64,000 nt of DNA, taken from IMG/VR virus record IMGVR_UViG_3300027971_000043, positions 17,731 through 81,730 of that record; one strand, given 5' to 3'. The translations under genes were made by a program, and so were the position numbers. The notes under the pieces are model-generated. The model did not search any database. It was not told the DNA's origin and saw only the letters and a list, made by a program, of their open reading frames with translations. Below are positions 1-10,700 of this stretch, piece by piece. This stretch comes from a virus. The first letter of the stretch is position 1, and each line of letters begins with the position of its first letter.

Positions 1-56
1 CAGAACGTGTACAAGGCGGGTGCAGACGAAGCCCTCCGATTGGCCGCTGTCCAAGG

Positions 57-218
57 ATGACAAAGAAACCACGTAAAGGATTATGTATGCTGGGAATGGT
101 ACTACTCTGTTTCCAGCTCGTAGGCTTTATGGTTGTGACCTGGTCGGTCTACTTAATGTACGTTGGTGCATACCATAGAACTTGCGAAATGATAGAGAAG
201 AAACTACTTGGGCGCTAA
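57..218 (+). CDS. small membrane protein (53 aa)
   Basis: Hand-translated MTKKPRKGLCMLGMVLLCFQLVGFMVVTWSVYLMYVG...; ATGA overlap with the stop of an upstream partial ORF; one hydrophobic segment. Confidence 0.55.
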   Translation: MTKKPRKGLCMLGMVLLCFQLVGFMVVTWSVYLMYVGAYHRTCEMIEKKLLGR

Positions 219-219
219 A

Positions 220-381
220 TTAAAAATGCTCGCCTAACCACGTTTCAAAGTCATCCAATTTATTCCCGAGTTCCTCGGGGGTTATGATACCAAGAGAACA
301 AGCCCGCGCAAATTGCAGAATATCGGTGACTTGTTCTGGAAGTATCGCAAACTCCGGGGACTCGGGAATATTTTTTAACAC
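220..381 (-). CDS. hypothetical protein
   Basis: ORF track 220..411; the GTG at 381 preceded by AAGGA is the more likely start. Confidence 0.45.
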   Translation of the reverse strand: MLKNIPESPEFAILPEQVTDILQFARACSLGIITPEELGNKLDDFETWLGEHF

Positions 382-502
382 AGTTTCATCCTTCTTCCGA
401 TAAGTATACACAAAGTTTTAATAATTGAAAGCGTAACAAGGCACGTAAGCCAAATAATATCACGCTTTGTGTTCCTCATTTCCCCATTTTGTCCCAGCCA
501 TA

Positions 503-530
503 TTGACTTGGCAACCCCATTAGTCAGCAT
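503..530 (+). promoter_or_regulatory. sigma70-like promoter TTGACT-N16-CAGCAT
   Basis: Lies 6 nt before the GTG at 537; same geometry as other promoters in the window. Confidence 0.45.
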
Positions 531-536
531 TGAATT

Positions 537-791
537 GTGCCTAAGAAGCTCGCAGAAGCAAAGTTCGGCGAACTATCCGAACAGTTCCTCCGTGTATTAC
601 TCGCCGCAGCTGCGGTCGATGGTAAATCGGAAGAGTTGGTTATTACCCGCAAGGCTTTCCATGATCTGCACGAGAAGTTAAAGGAAGGTTATAATCCAGA
701 GATTGATGTTTGGTATGAGGACAATGAGCTTCACGTAGCCTTAGCCTGGAGCGAAGTTCCTATTGTTGGGTTCAGAAAAATCCGTGGCTAA
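537..791 (+). CDS. hypothetical protein (84 aa)
   Basis: ORF with upstream promoter motif and protein-like composition. Confidence 0.65.
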   Translation: MPKKLAEAKFGELSEQFLRVLLAAAAVDGKSEELVITRKAFHDLHEKLKEGYNPEIDVWYEDNELHVALAWSEVPIVGFRKIRG

Positions 792-894
792 AAATAAAAA
801 GAAAAAGCTTAAGAGCTTAATCGATCACTCGCATCGACCACGCCAAGGCTTGCTCGATAAGGTTGCCAAGCTGGCGTTGTACCACAAGAACTAA
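784..894 (+). CDS. small basic hypothetical protein (36 aa)
   Basis: Hand-translated MAKNKKKKLKSLIDHSHRPRQGLLDKVAKLALYHKN; overlaps previous stop. Confidence 0.35.
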   Translation: MAKNKKKKLKSLIDHSHRPRQGLLDKVAKLALYHKN

Positions 895-2225
895 CGGCTT
901 ATTTCTTCCCAATCAACGGAAGTGAATAAATCAGCATTGGGATTGTTTGCTGCGCAAACAACTGAAAACTCAAAGGCTGTTCCTAAGATACCATTTCGTT
1001 CTAACTGATTGGCGAAGAGGGCTTCTTTTAGAATATCGATACCTCCACCAGTTTGCTGGGTGGTGCTGAAATAACCAGACGCCATAATTCTTCCCGCTGT
1101 CGTGAGTGTTGTTGCTGTAAGGTTGTATTCTACCGCGCTGTCGGCGCCAGCGCTCACCCACGTTCCCCCTGAAGATATACTTGCGTTCCTAACCTGCCAG
1201 TTAAAGGTGTCTCCTGTGGTTTTTCCAAGCAAAGAGAGAGCTGTTATGATAACTACGGCATCCGTTCGGTCTACAGGAGGAGTGCTAGCGGAAGACTTCA
1301 ATCTGAGTGTGACGACTGGATAAAAGGTTCCAGCTGTGGTTAGTCTAAAGGGGCTTGTGACCGCAGTCCCGACAGCGTGTTGGGCTCCTCTCAATTCATA
1401 TCCGCCTTCGGATAAAACCGTAGAGCAAACTTGTTTGAGGGTGCTGGAGCTAGAAGTAACCCCTGTGTTTTTAATTTCGTACCGAAGTGGGAGACTTGCC
1501 GTTGTTATATAAGTTGACGTAATTAAATTGGCATGATGAAACGAATGACAAAGAATAAACTGACCGTTAATTATAAATCCTAGACGAACAGTTCCAAGAC
1601 CTAACCATTCGATGTCCATCCAGAAAATCTGGGCTTTTGTAATATCAAGAGTTATACCAGAAGGGCCAGTCCCATCAAGCTTGTCCCCATTCCAATCAGC
1701 TTGAGCTACTGGGATTTCTGTAACGATTCCAGTTACCAAAGACCGTTCAACTAGACTCAACGCGTTACCATAAAGCTCAACATATAAGCCGTTATCATCG
1801 CCATAATAGCCAACCCTCTGGCGAAGATTTGTTTTAGTTGGACTCATAACAAATGTATTCATGACCAATAAAGATTTTCCAGGTTGGTAAGAAAATACTT
1901 TTGTTGTCTCTCGAATTATCTCGTCATTATTTGCTGTACCAATTGTTAAATCCATGAGACCCTGGCTCGCGTTGAAAGTAGCTGAAGCGGTGCCAGAAGT
2001 ATAAGTCGACCACAGCCCATTGTCCCGATAGCGATGGCTGGAATCAAAAAGGGTGAAGGGTTCGGAGACCCTTAAACGACCGAAGGAATCGGTGGGGAAC
2101 GACCCAATAATACCGCCAGATCCACCACTCGAAAGGTTATCAAGGCTACTGGAGATCTTCTGGAGACTGCGAACTTCCGTGTCTGACCAGAGAGGTGTGT
2201 TATTCTCTGGAAAATATTCAGGCAT
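891..2225 (-). CDS. putative virion structural protein (444 aa, beta-rich)
   Basis: DSFGRLRVSEPFTLFDS and WLGLGTVRLGF motifs recalled from a widespread aquatic-phage family; last gene of the structural operon. Confidence 0.6.
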   Translation of the reverse strand: MPEYFPENNTPLWSDTEVRSLQKISSSLDNLSSGGSGGIIGSFPTDSFGRLRVSEPFTLFDSSHRYRDNGLWSTYTSGTASATFNASQGLMDLTIGTANNDEIIRETTKVFSYQPGKSLLVMNTFVMSPTKTNLRQRVGYYGDDNGLYVELYGNALSLVERSLVTGIVTEIPVAQADWNGDKLDGTGPSGITLDITKAQIFWMDIEWLGLGTVRLGFIINGQFILCHSFHHANLITSTYITTASLPLRYEIKNTGVTSSSSTLKQVCSTVLSEGGYELRGAQHAVGTAVTSPFRLTTAGTFYPVVTLRLKSSASTPPVDRTDAVVIITALSLLGKTTGDTFNWQVRNASISSGGTWVSAGADSAVEYNLTATTLTTAGRIMASGYFSTTQQTGGGIDILKEALFANQLERNGILGTAFEFSVVCAANNPNADLFTSVDWEEISR

Positions 2226-2239
2226 ATTTTCCTATCCGA

Positions 2240-3016
2240 CTATTTGATTGTGGCGTATCTTCCGAGTCCCGTTTTTTGTAGAGTGGGAGCTTCAAATTTT
2301 GATCTATCATAAGTTAAAGTTACAGATTTAGTATCTCCTCCACCAACTCTCAACTGTTCCGCCGCATTTCTATCCTCAAGTCCACTTACTTTTTGAGCTA
2401 CTTTTGTTGGGTCTAATTTACTCTGCATCCACGAAGCGGGTAACAAAGAGCCAGTCCCGTATATACCTTTAAATGCGCCAGCTTTTTCTTGACCCGCTCC
2501 TGTACCACCAGCAATTACCTGTTGAGCTGCCGAGCCAGCTTCAATTACTCCAGTTTTTGTTTTAGCCATTTCCTGAGCTTTCTGAGCTTCGGCAAAAGCT
2601 TTATCATATGTTGACTCTTGAGCTTTCATTTTACCAAGCAAAGCAGATTCTTGTTCGACTGCCTTAGTGATGCCAGATACAGCGCTTGGGTCCCAAGATT
2701 TTAATGGCCCCTGCTTACCTTGTACGTAGGCTGTTCCAGGCGAAAGGTATTGCCCAAGTATTGCCTCTCCCGCTTGAGAGCCTCGCGCTAACTCTTGTGC
2801 TGATTCATAAGCACTTTTTGGTCGCGGCTTTCCGTAGTTAGGGTTAAAATATTTATTCCAGTTATATGGGTCGAGCATTTCCGGAGTTAGTTTAAAATTT
2901 CCTTCAGGAATAGTGCCATCAGTGTTATATACGCCTCCTATTTTACCGGGCCCTCGATACCGTTCGTCGAATCGACTGTACGAACTAAGATTAGCAAATT
3001 TCCCGAGAACTGGCAT
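2240..3016 (-). CDS. hypothetical protein, possible internal virion protein (258 aa)
   Basis: A/G/K/Q-rich ORF in the structural operon; begins MPVLGK and ends TGLGRYATIK. Confidence 0.7.
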   Translation of the reverse strand: MPVLGKFANLSSYSRFDERYRGPGKIGGVYNTDGTIPEGNFKLTPEMLDPYNWNKYFNPNYGKPRPKSAYESAQELARGSQAGEAILGQYLSPGTAYVQGKQGPLKSWDPSAVSGITKAVEQESALLGKMKAQESTYDKAFAEAQKAQEMAKTKTGVIEAGSAAQQVIAGGTGAGQEKAGAFKGIYGTGSLLPASWMQSKLDPTKVAQKVSGLEDRNAAEQLRVGGGDTKSVTLTYDRSKFEAPTLQKTGLGRYATIK

Positions 3017-3017
3017 A

Positions 3018-3155
3018 TTAATACTTCCCTAAACCTCGACCTTTGTTCCGGACTTTTGGCATGACGTAAGGCTTCTTATCTACTTTAAGAGATGGCGATT
3101 TGTCGGTCGGCATCTTCGCATTCTTTTGGTTCATGTTAAGAGAGTAATTTTTCAT
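3018..3155 (-). CDS. small basic protein (45 aa)
   Basis: Hand-translated MKNYSLNMNQKNAKMPTDKSPSLKVDKKPYVMPKVRNKGRGLGKY; fills the gap with 1-nt spacing on both sides. Confidence 0.7.
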   Translation of the reverse strand: MKNYSLNMNQKNAKMPTDKSPSLKVDKKPYVMPKVRNKGRGLGKY

Positions 3156-3156
3156 A

Positions 3157-3312
3157 TTATTTGTTCTTGGATTTACCGGCTGCACTTAAAGCAATCGCAA
3201 TGATTTGCGCTCTTGGGCGCGGTGTTCCACCAGCTCCGCGGGCTTTTCCTTTTTTCTTATTATCAGCGTAAAGTTCGCTGATGTTGGCTGAGACATTTTT
3301 ACCTAATGGCAT
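3157..3312 (-). CDS. small basic phage protein (51 aa)
   Basis: MPLGKNVSANISELY...QIIAIALSAAGKSKNK, resembles the common phage MPLKKG..SENISE..QAVAIAL type. Confidence 0.75.
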   Translation of the reverse strand: MPLGKNVSANISELYADNKKKGKARGAGGTPRPRAQIIAIALSAAGKSKNK

Positions 3313-3322
3313 AACTTTTAGT

Positions 3323-3520
3323 TTACTTGGACTCCTCTCTATCGTCAACACCATCCTCATTAACATCTTTGAAGGCACCGGGATCGCGGGTAAAAATTTT
3401 CTTAGCCAGCATATAGCGTTCTTCAGCAGACATTTCTGTCCACATTTCTGTCTTACCTCTTGGCTTCCAAAGGATTAGAGCAACAACAATAAAGACAAAA
3501 AATAAAACGGGCCAGAACAT
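3323..3520 (-). CDS. small membrane-anchored protein (65 aa)
   Basis: N-terminal hydrophobic helix; TAATG coupling with upstream gene. Confidence 0.65.
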   Translation of the reverse strand: MFWPVLFFVFIVVALILWKPRGKTEMWTEMSAEERYMLAKKIFTRDPGAFKDVNEDGVDDREESK

Positions 3521-3750
3521 TATTTACCTAACCCTGTTTTTTTCTTCCAGCTTATCCGTTCTGAACTCGTCTTTTTTCTGGCGGCTGAGTTACACATTGA
3601 CTTGGTGGGGCGACAAGCTGGATAACTACCACCACTGTCAGCCGACTTCCGGCCACATGGACCGCCTGTCTTACAGTTAATCCACCCTTTCCCTTTGTTC
3701 CTGGAAAACCAACCATGCAGGCCCTTCTTCTTTTCGAGCTCGAAGCCCAT
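3520..3750 (-). CDS. small basic Cys-containing phage protein (76 aa)
   Basis: GLHGWF..GWINCKTGGPCGR..YPACRP motif recalled from aquatic phages; translationally coupled. Confidence 0.75.
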   Translation of the reverse strand: MGFELEKKKGLHGWFSRNKGKGWINCKTGGPCGRKSADSGGSYPACRPTKSMCNSAARKKTSSERISWKKKTGLGK

Positions 3751-3899
3751 TATTTCTTCCCCTTGTTACCCCAGTTTGCTGCTCCAACTTTGCGACATCG
3801 AACAAGTGCACCACTGGCATAAGCGGATGGCCACACTTTGTAGCGAGCCTTTACCTTTTGAGTGCAAGCGTCGTTAGCTTTCTTTTTACCTAAAGGCAT
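3750..3899 (-). CDS. small basic phage protein (49 aa)
   Basis: MPLGK..DACTQKVKARYKVWPSAYASGALVRCRK, a conserved phage motif; ATG at 3899 lies 1 nt after the upstream stop. Confidence 0.8.
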   Translation of the reverse strand: MPLGKKKANDACTQKVKARYKVWPSAYASGALVRCRKVGAANWGNKGKK

Positions 3900-3900
3900 A

Positions 3901-4167
3901 TTAACAACTCCAAAGAACTTTTCGGGCCCAATAATTAGCTGACAGTTTCCCATCACCCCCTTTAATCCCACCACTCCTAGCACAATAACTCTTTCGCCTT
4001 TTGGCACTATGATGCTGAGTAAAATCTTTCATTGAGCTATCTCCAAAATGAATAATTCTTTCTTGCCCGCCAGAGCAAGCTTTGACAACTTTCTTCTTGC
4101 CCGGCCTCCACGACTTGCGCGGTTTGTTGCAGGGCATGTCGGCTTTGCTGGGCTTCCCTAGAGGCAT
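3901..4167 (-). CDS. small basic phage protein (88 aa)
   Basis: KKKVVKAC..IIHFGD..RRKSYCAR..KLSANYWA motif of a common phage family. Confidence 0.8.
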   Translation of the reverse strand: MPLGKPSKADMPCNKPRKSWRPGKKKVVKACSGGQERIIHFGDSSMKDFTQHHSAKRRKSYCARSGGIKGGDGKLSANYWARKVLWSC

Positions 4168-4715
4168 TATCGCTCCTGTGTTTGACCAATCCTCGAATCA
4201 ATGACGTCTGAATCTAGGATCGGTACTTTCTTGAGGATCATATCCATGTCCTTTGAAATCCTTTGGAGATTGGTGGTGTAGGGCTGAAGGCCACCAGTAA
4301 AGTATCCTCCCTGCTTTAAGCCCGTTGCATATCCCGCTACGTTGGTCGCAGACAAAGCCCCGCTATATCGAGGCATCTTAAGTTTCCTAGTCCAGTCCTC
4401 AAAGAACTGGTTGGGGCTTTCATAAGTCTTGAAAGGTTCGATGGCGGGTGCGTTGTTTTCTCCTTCAGTTGTGGCCATCTTTACCTGAGCTTCTCCAGCC
4501 TTGGCTTTGACTCCGCCTAGATTACCATATTTTTTAGCCAGCTCGGACTCACCGTATCCTGACTCCAAAGCTGTCTGCGCCAAGACCCACGACGGATCGA
4601 TGCCCAAATCTGCTGCCGCCTTCATCGCCGGAGAAAACATCTTCTTAACGTACGCAATTTTCTTTTCGGCCTGCGGGCCTAGTTGCTGTCTCCAATCTTG
4701 GGTTTCGTCTGCCAT
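4167..4715 (-). CDS. GH73 glucosaminidase (FlgJ-like), probable virion-associated peptidoglycan hydrolase
   Basis: AQTALESGYG, NLGGVKA, FKTYES and LKQGGYFT motifs; adjacent to internal virion genes. Confidence 0.85.
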   Translation of the reverse strand: MADETQDWRQQLGPQAEKKIAYVKKMFSPAMKAAADLGIDPSWVLAQTALESGYGESELAKKYGNLGGVKAKAGEAQVKMATTEGENNAPAIEPFKTYESPNQFFEDWTRKLKMPRYSGALSATNVAGYATGLKQGGYFTGGLQPYTTNLQRISKDMDMILKKVPILDSDVIDSRIGQTQER

Positions 4716-4728
4716 GGGGTTATTCTAA

Positions 4729-7700
4729 TTACTTTCTTTCTGGAAACAAGATACCCTCTTGATTTTTTTCAAGTAGAACATTTTGTAGGATAGGATTTTT
4801 TATCGTCTTGTTGACTTGCTGCATAAAGGTGATGAATTGGGGTCTACTCATTTTCTCCAGTTGAGGAATAAATGGAGCTAGGAAGTTCTCTATTACAGGC
4901 CCAGCACGTTGCATCCATTCGTACTTTTCGTCATTTGTTAACTCTCGGCTGATTTGGAAAAAGTCATCTGGTGTTAGAGTAACTCCATTGGCAGCGGCAT
5001 CTTTAATCAAATCCATCATGGCATAATTTTTTAACGGACCTGGATCCCAATCTAATGCATATCGGTTAGCTGCAAACAATGAGATTAATTTATCATGTAT
5101 TGCCTGTTGGCTACGCTCTCCGTTGTTATAAGCCATACCGTCCACTCCGACTGTAGTGAGACGCCGTAGAAATGGTACAGTATTTGACATTTGTGTCCTT
5201 ATATTCCCCCCTAAGAAATCAAGATCTGGTCTCCCAATTTTTGACGCAAAAGGTATTGAGGACATAAATACAGAAAGAAGATTTTCCTGATAGGGTCTTG
5301 CGCTGGGTGAACCCGTTAAGCCATTATAAGCCTGTTCAATATCTCTTGCCGTTGCATAACCGGGTATAAAGCTGGCAGTTATATTTCCCGCCAACTTTAC
5401 TGTTTTATCTATTATCATTTTTGGGTCTGTTCTTTGTGGGCCAGGCGAGGTTAGAGCCATGATTGACCTCAAACCACTTAAGAATCCTACGTCCAACATC
5501 GCCAAAGTTGTGACCATCCCAGCCGCTAGCGTACCCTCCAAAGCAGCTTCTACTTTCGATCTCTTGGAATATCTAACACTTTCAACATAAGAGGCAATAA
5601 GAGTAAGAACAGCTTGTATGCCTTGAGGGAAGAATTCAAAAGAAACAAATCTAGGTTTACCGCTTTTAAATGTGCCCAGCTGAATAGACTTTAACTTTCC
5701 TCCCGCCGCAAGAAATGCTTCTCTTTGTGTTGGATCTGCCGGTCCGTTTAAGTGGATGTTATTTTCTGGGTCATCTTCTCCCGACATCGCAGGTAAAAAT
5801 CTTAATCCAATAAGAAAAATTCCCATAAGACCAGTAAACATTTTACCCAACAATAAGTCATGTTCAATTGTTCCGGGAGTAGGGGGAGGCACAAAATATT
5901 TACTATCTTTTAATTTTCCGGCTGATCCTCTAATAAAACGAATCTGAGAAATGATGGGTAAAAACTTTAGCCCCTCATTTGCCAAGGCTGATCCTGTCCT
6001 CAAAAACTTAAGTAGAACTTTAAGTGCTTTAGCTTTTTCCCCAAGATCGTTTACAGTTCCAGCTAAAAGACCAATATAACCTTCAAAATTATTTGTAAAA
6101 GAAGTTTGGGCTGCCAACGTTTGAGCTCTTTTTGTGATTTCTTTTACGGCATCTTCGTCCGGTCTATTCTGAGCTATAATCTCTTCTACCCGTAAAGTCT
6201 GCTCAGTCGGAGTAAGACTAAACTCTTTTGCCTCTGCTGCGGCTTTTGCTTCTGCCCGGGATCTAGCTTCCGGAGACATGTTCAATAATCTGGCAACCTC
6301 GGCTTCAATCTCTTCCTGTGTCGTTAGTCCCTGGTCTATGGCTACATTAGTTGCCTCTAAGACCTCGGCCATTTTTTTAGTCGATACTTTTATCAAAGCA
6401 TCTCCAGCTTGCATAGCTCTTCCAAACCAAATGTAAGGACCTAGTAGACCGTATTTTTTACTAATAGCCTTGGGGTCGAGAGGTAGTGTGTACTCTTTTC
6501 CAAATGCTTTTATTGGGAGTTCTGGCCTAATAGAACTTTGTCCCTTTCTATAGGCTTCGGCTTGGTTTACGATCGCTTCAAAAGTATTAATGCCGCCATA
6601 CTCCTGATTCAACACGTCGGAAATATCGGAATAATTACCGCTTAACATTGTATTTAAAGCTGCTGCGTATGCTTTTCCTTTTGGAGAAAAGATTGCTTGA
6701 TTAAGAGAAGGAAGAGCTGAAAGATAAGCTTTGCCTAATGCTTTTTCTTGTTCTTTGTTGAGCGCAGCTCCAATGGCATACTTTACTCCTCCAGCCGCGG
6801 TTAACAGAAAAGCGTTAAGTTCGGCGTTTAATAACGATCCGAACGCGTTGATACCAACAGTTCCAACTGAACTTAGTAGACCTGCGGTTTGATAATTAAT
6901 TAACAAATCAGACCAAACAACGGGAGCAACAAACTTAATGTATTGATACATTTCATTGATTGCTTTTTGTCTTATCATTCCTTTTGGCAATACACTCAGG
7001 GCTTCAATTTTTTTATTAAGTTCTTTGCGTTGTTCCTGAGTCATCTCGGGAAGTCCGAGTTGCGAATGCATCTGAACAAAAACGTCATCATCAGAAAGGA
7101 CTCCAAGATTTGCAGACTCAATAAGCTTGTCTAAAGCAGATCGTATCTTTCGAGTTTTGCGCTCTTTCTTCTTTTCAAAATTTTCTTTGATTCGTTTTAA
7201 GGCGTCTTTTCTCTCGCTAGCAATAAGTTCAGTCATCCCTTCGCGAAGGAAGTCGAGAACTTCTTTCTTTTGAGCTTCATCAAGATTAGTATTCTCGGTT
7301 AGCAAAGCCCCCATTTTATTTTCAAAGTCCATGATATCGCCACGGCTGGCTCGGATAAGACTACGTAGATTTGTCTTAGGTCCCCCAATAGACTCCAAAG
7401 CCCTAACGGTTTGCTTGAGGCTAGACACAGCAAAGGGTCTTCCAAACGCTTCTTCAATAAACGGTTCGAGCCCGATTAACTCTTGCTCATTGTAGTTGTT
7501 TCGAAGCGATTCCCGAACGTTGTTGATAAACTCTTTAACTTCTGGATACTGTGCAATCCGATCTTTAAGAACTTCGGCTTCGGTAGGTTTAGGTAGAGGT
7601 TCAAATACAGGTTGTAGCCCACCCATTTCTTTTGTGCGTTGGGCAATCAATCTTCGAGTCCGCATTGCAAACTCTTCAAGAGCATCCTTAACTTTTGGTT

Positions 7701-10700
7701 GTTTCTGGAGGCGAGCTGCTTGTTTTTGTAAAGCGTCTGCGGAAGCTTCGGCCAGGGCTAATTCCGGAGGAAGATTATTTGGAACTATTACAGGTGCTTC
7801 TTGAGCGGCTTTTGCTTTTGCTTGAGCAACTCTTTGGATTGCTTCTCCTCGCGTGGACGGAGGAGGAATAACTTCAGCAGCCTGACCAACTCTAGTGCCA
7901 GCTTCTCTCGCTCTCGCTTCTCTTAATGCTTTAGCTTGGAAGAATTCAAGGGCATAGGTTAGGGCAGAGTCAAAATAAAGTTCCAACTTTCTTCTTACAT
8001 TTTCTTGATTCTTTGCATCACGCACAACGGGAGCCAACATCACCAACCGTTTGATCTCATCAGCTGAAGCGGCTGTCTCCCGCGGATTTTCTGAACGTTC
8101 AATGATTCCTAGAATGACTCTACCCAAAGCTCTGGACTGATCTGGATCAAGGCGAATGTCATCTCCACCCATACCCGGCTCGGGGGCCGCCGCAATATCA
8201 GCTCCAAGCCACTCCGTCAAACCCTTACTAACTTCTTCGCTTTCAAGATAATCCGATATCACCGCTTGAATCTGCGATAATGTTCCACCCTTTTTGTTTA
8301 GATCAACTAGTTTTCCAAGTTGATCCTGAACTGCTTGCAGATTATTTCCTTTTATGGTTTTCTTAGCAGTCGTAAATTTTTCAGCAGCTCTTCGATTCGC
8401 ATCTTTTAATGCCATAGCAATTTCGTCATTTTCCTCTGCGTAACCTTGTAGTTTGCCTTTAAGCGTCTTATCTATTTGACGATACACAAAAAGTTTTGCT
8501 CTTTCGGGATTATCAAAAATTAACGAATCCAGTCCACTCCACATTTGAACTGCCCTTCCAGCTTCAGTCCCATACTTTTTAGCTGCAATCAGTGCAACAT
8601 CTATCAATTGACTTTCAGCAAATTTATCTGTTTTTGCTTTTTCTCTAAGCGTGTTCATTAGTTCAAAAGCAACTCCTGTTTGCACAGGAAGAGAAGCGTT
8701 AATATTTCCAGCTAAAAATTGTTGCAATGATTTATCAAATCCATTTTCTGCTATGTAATTTCTAGCGTCTTCTATCTGTTGTTCTTGTGATACGGATGTG
8801 TAATACCATTCATTTAAAAGCCTATCTTTATCCGCTCCTTCAGGAATTTTATCTAAAACATTTAAGGCAATATTTTTTACGGCTTGGCTTTCACGAATCT
8901 CGGGGGCTGGTACCGGTATGACTCGAGTAATTTCAGGTGGTGGAACTGGAATTGAAACTGTTTCCCCGTCTAAAGAAACTGAAGTTACAATCGGTTTTTC
9001 AGTCACAATCTCTGGGGCTGGAGTTAGCCGACGAGCATAATTGTCATATCCAGCCCTACCGATAGCCGCAATCAGAGCACCGCGATTTTTGTAAGTATAA
9101 TTCCTGCCGTCAAAAATAATTTCGTTACGATCCTCAAACATCTTGGCAACCGTATTTGCCACAGCTCCGGCCGAAGTCTTAGCTGTCGTTGGATAAGATG
9201 GGTAGAATCCAATCTTTACATTGTATCGGCTGTACTCAGAAGGTTCAACCAGATTGACTGGCTCAGTCGTGGCTATAAAAGCTACAGCTGGCAATGACTC
9301 ACCCGACTCTTCCATACCTTCCGCAATCTCAAGGGCTTTGTTAGCGATCCCGGGAAGGCTTGCACGTCCACCATCCATCACGGATTTAGTCGCGGCCCGG
9401 AATAAATTGCGCTCTTGATTGGTAATCATTCCGCGACGAGCTGCGACATCCAAGCCGTCAAGCCAGTCGTTCACGTCAACCGTCTTGAATAGATCGTCAG
9501 CTGCGGTGACTCCAAATACTCCGTCGGTTCGGCCTTCAAGATGATTCTCAATCATTCGATAGATTCGAAGATCGTAGGAGTCGAACTTGTTGGCTGGACG
9601 TGGCGATGTCGGGGAACGACCGGGTTCGGGCGCTGCAACCGGCCCTGGCGCTGAAGCGTCCACAAAATACTTAGAAGTCTTACGAAGATTAGAAATGGCA
9701 TCTTCGATTCCTTGACGCAACACCAAGCGATCCGTGGCTTGAGGAGCCAAACCCAACCCACGCTTGACCACAGTGGCCATGCTATCAAACCACACGCCGA
9801 GTCTGGCAAGAACGGACTTGGGTTCTTGACCGACAAGATCCTTAAGGCGTTGTGTCGCTCTGGCAATATCTTTTGGATCTACTGAAGTGACTTGTTCGGT
9901 AATACCACCTGTAAGATTTAGCTGCGATAATTGTCGGATACCTTCCATAGAAACCTGGTAAGAATCATTGGCCAAAGCTTTTATTTTTCCTTGAATAACA
10001 GGATCGGTAATGTCAGATCCAAGTTGAGAATTATAAAGCCTGGCAATAGCCAATCGAGTAGCTTGGCTCATACCGTCTCCAATGGCTGTTAGTTCTTCAA
10101 CTGGATCAAGTCCAAGTTCACGAAAATATCTGTACGTTTCAACGTGAATTGTCTCCTCCAACATAACTTTGGTTAAGTACGATTTAAAATCTTTTGGTGA
10201 TACCCGAGATTTACTAACTGCTAGTTTCTCGGGATTAATAATAATTGTGTCGGATTCATTATCGGCTCCAGCCTGAGCTGCTACGCTATGCTCCGCCATA
10301 GGGGATACCAAAACATTGTAAATACGAGGCTGACCTTTGGCGTCTTTGAAGGTGACCGTATTGTCTTTGTAGTTAGTTCCAAGAACGGAAGTTAGTTCCG
10401 TGTCCACAAACTTTTGTTGCTCGGCGGTCGCTTCGTTTGTTTCTCTAACCGGAGCCACAGCCTCTTCGGCTCGCAGACCTTCAAAGCCAGCACCAACAGT
10501 AGCGTCAAGCAACCGCAACTTGGCCCGCATACGACCGATAGTGTTCTGGTCAATCTCAGCCTGCGATTCGAGGAATACAATGTTGGGACGGCTGGCGCTG
10601 TCTACACGCCAGACACGATAGATAAGTTGAACCGCTTGAATCGCGCTGATCGGAGGAGATAGAATGATCATCTCTCGGGACTCGTCACCAAACTTGTCAT

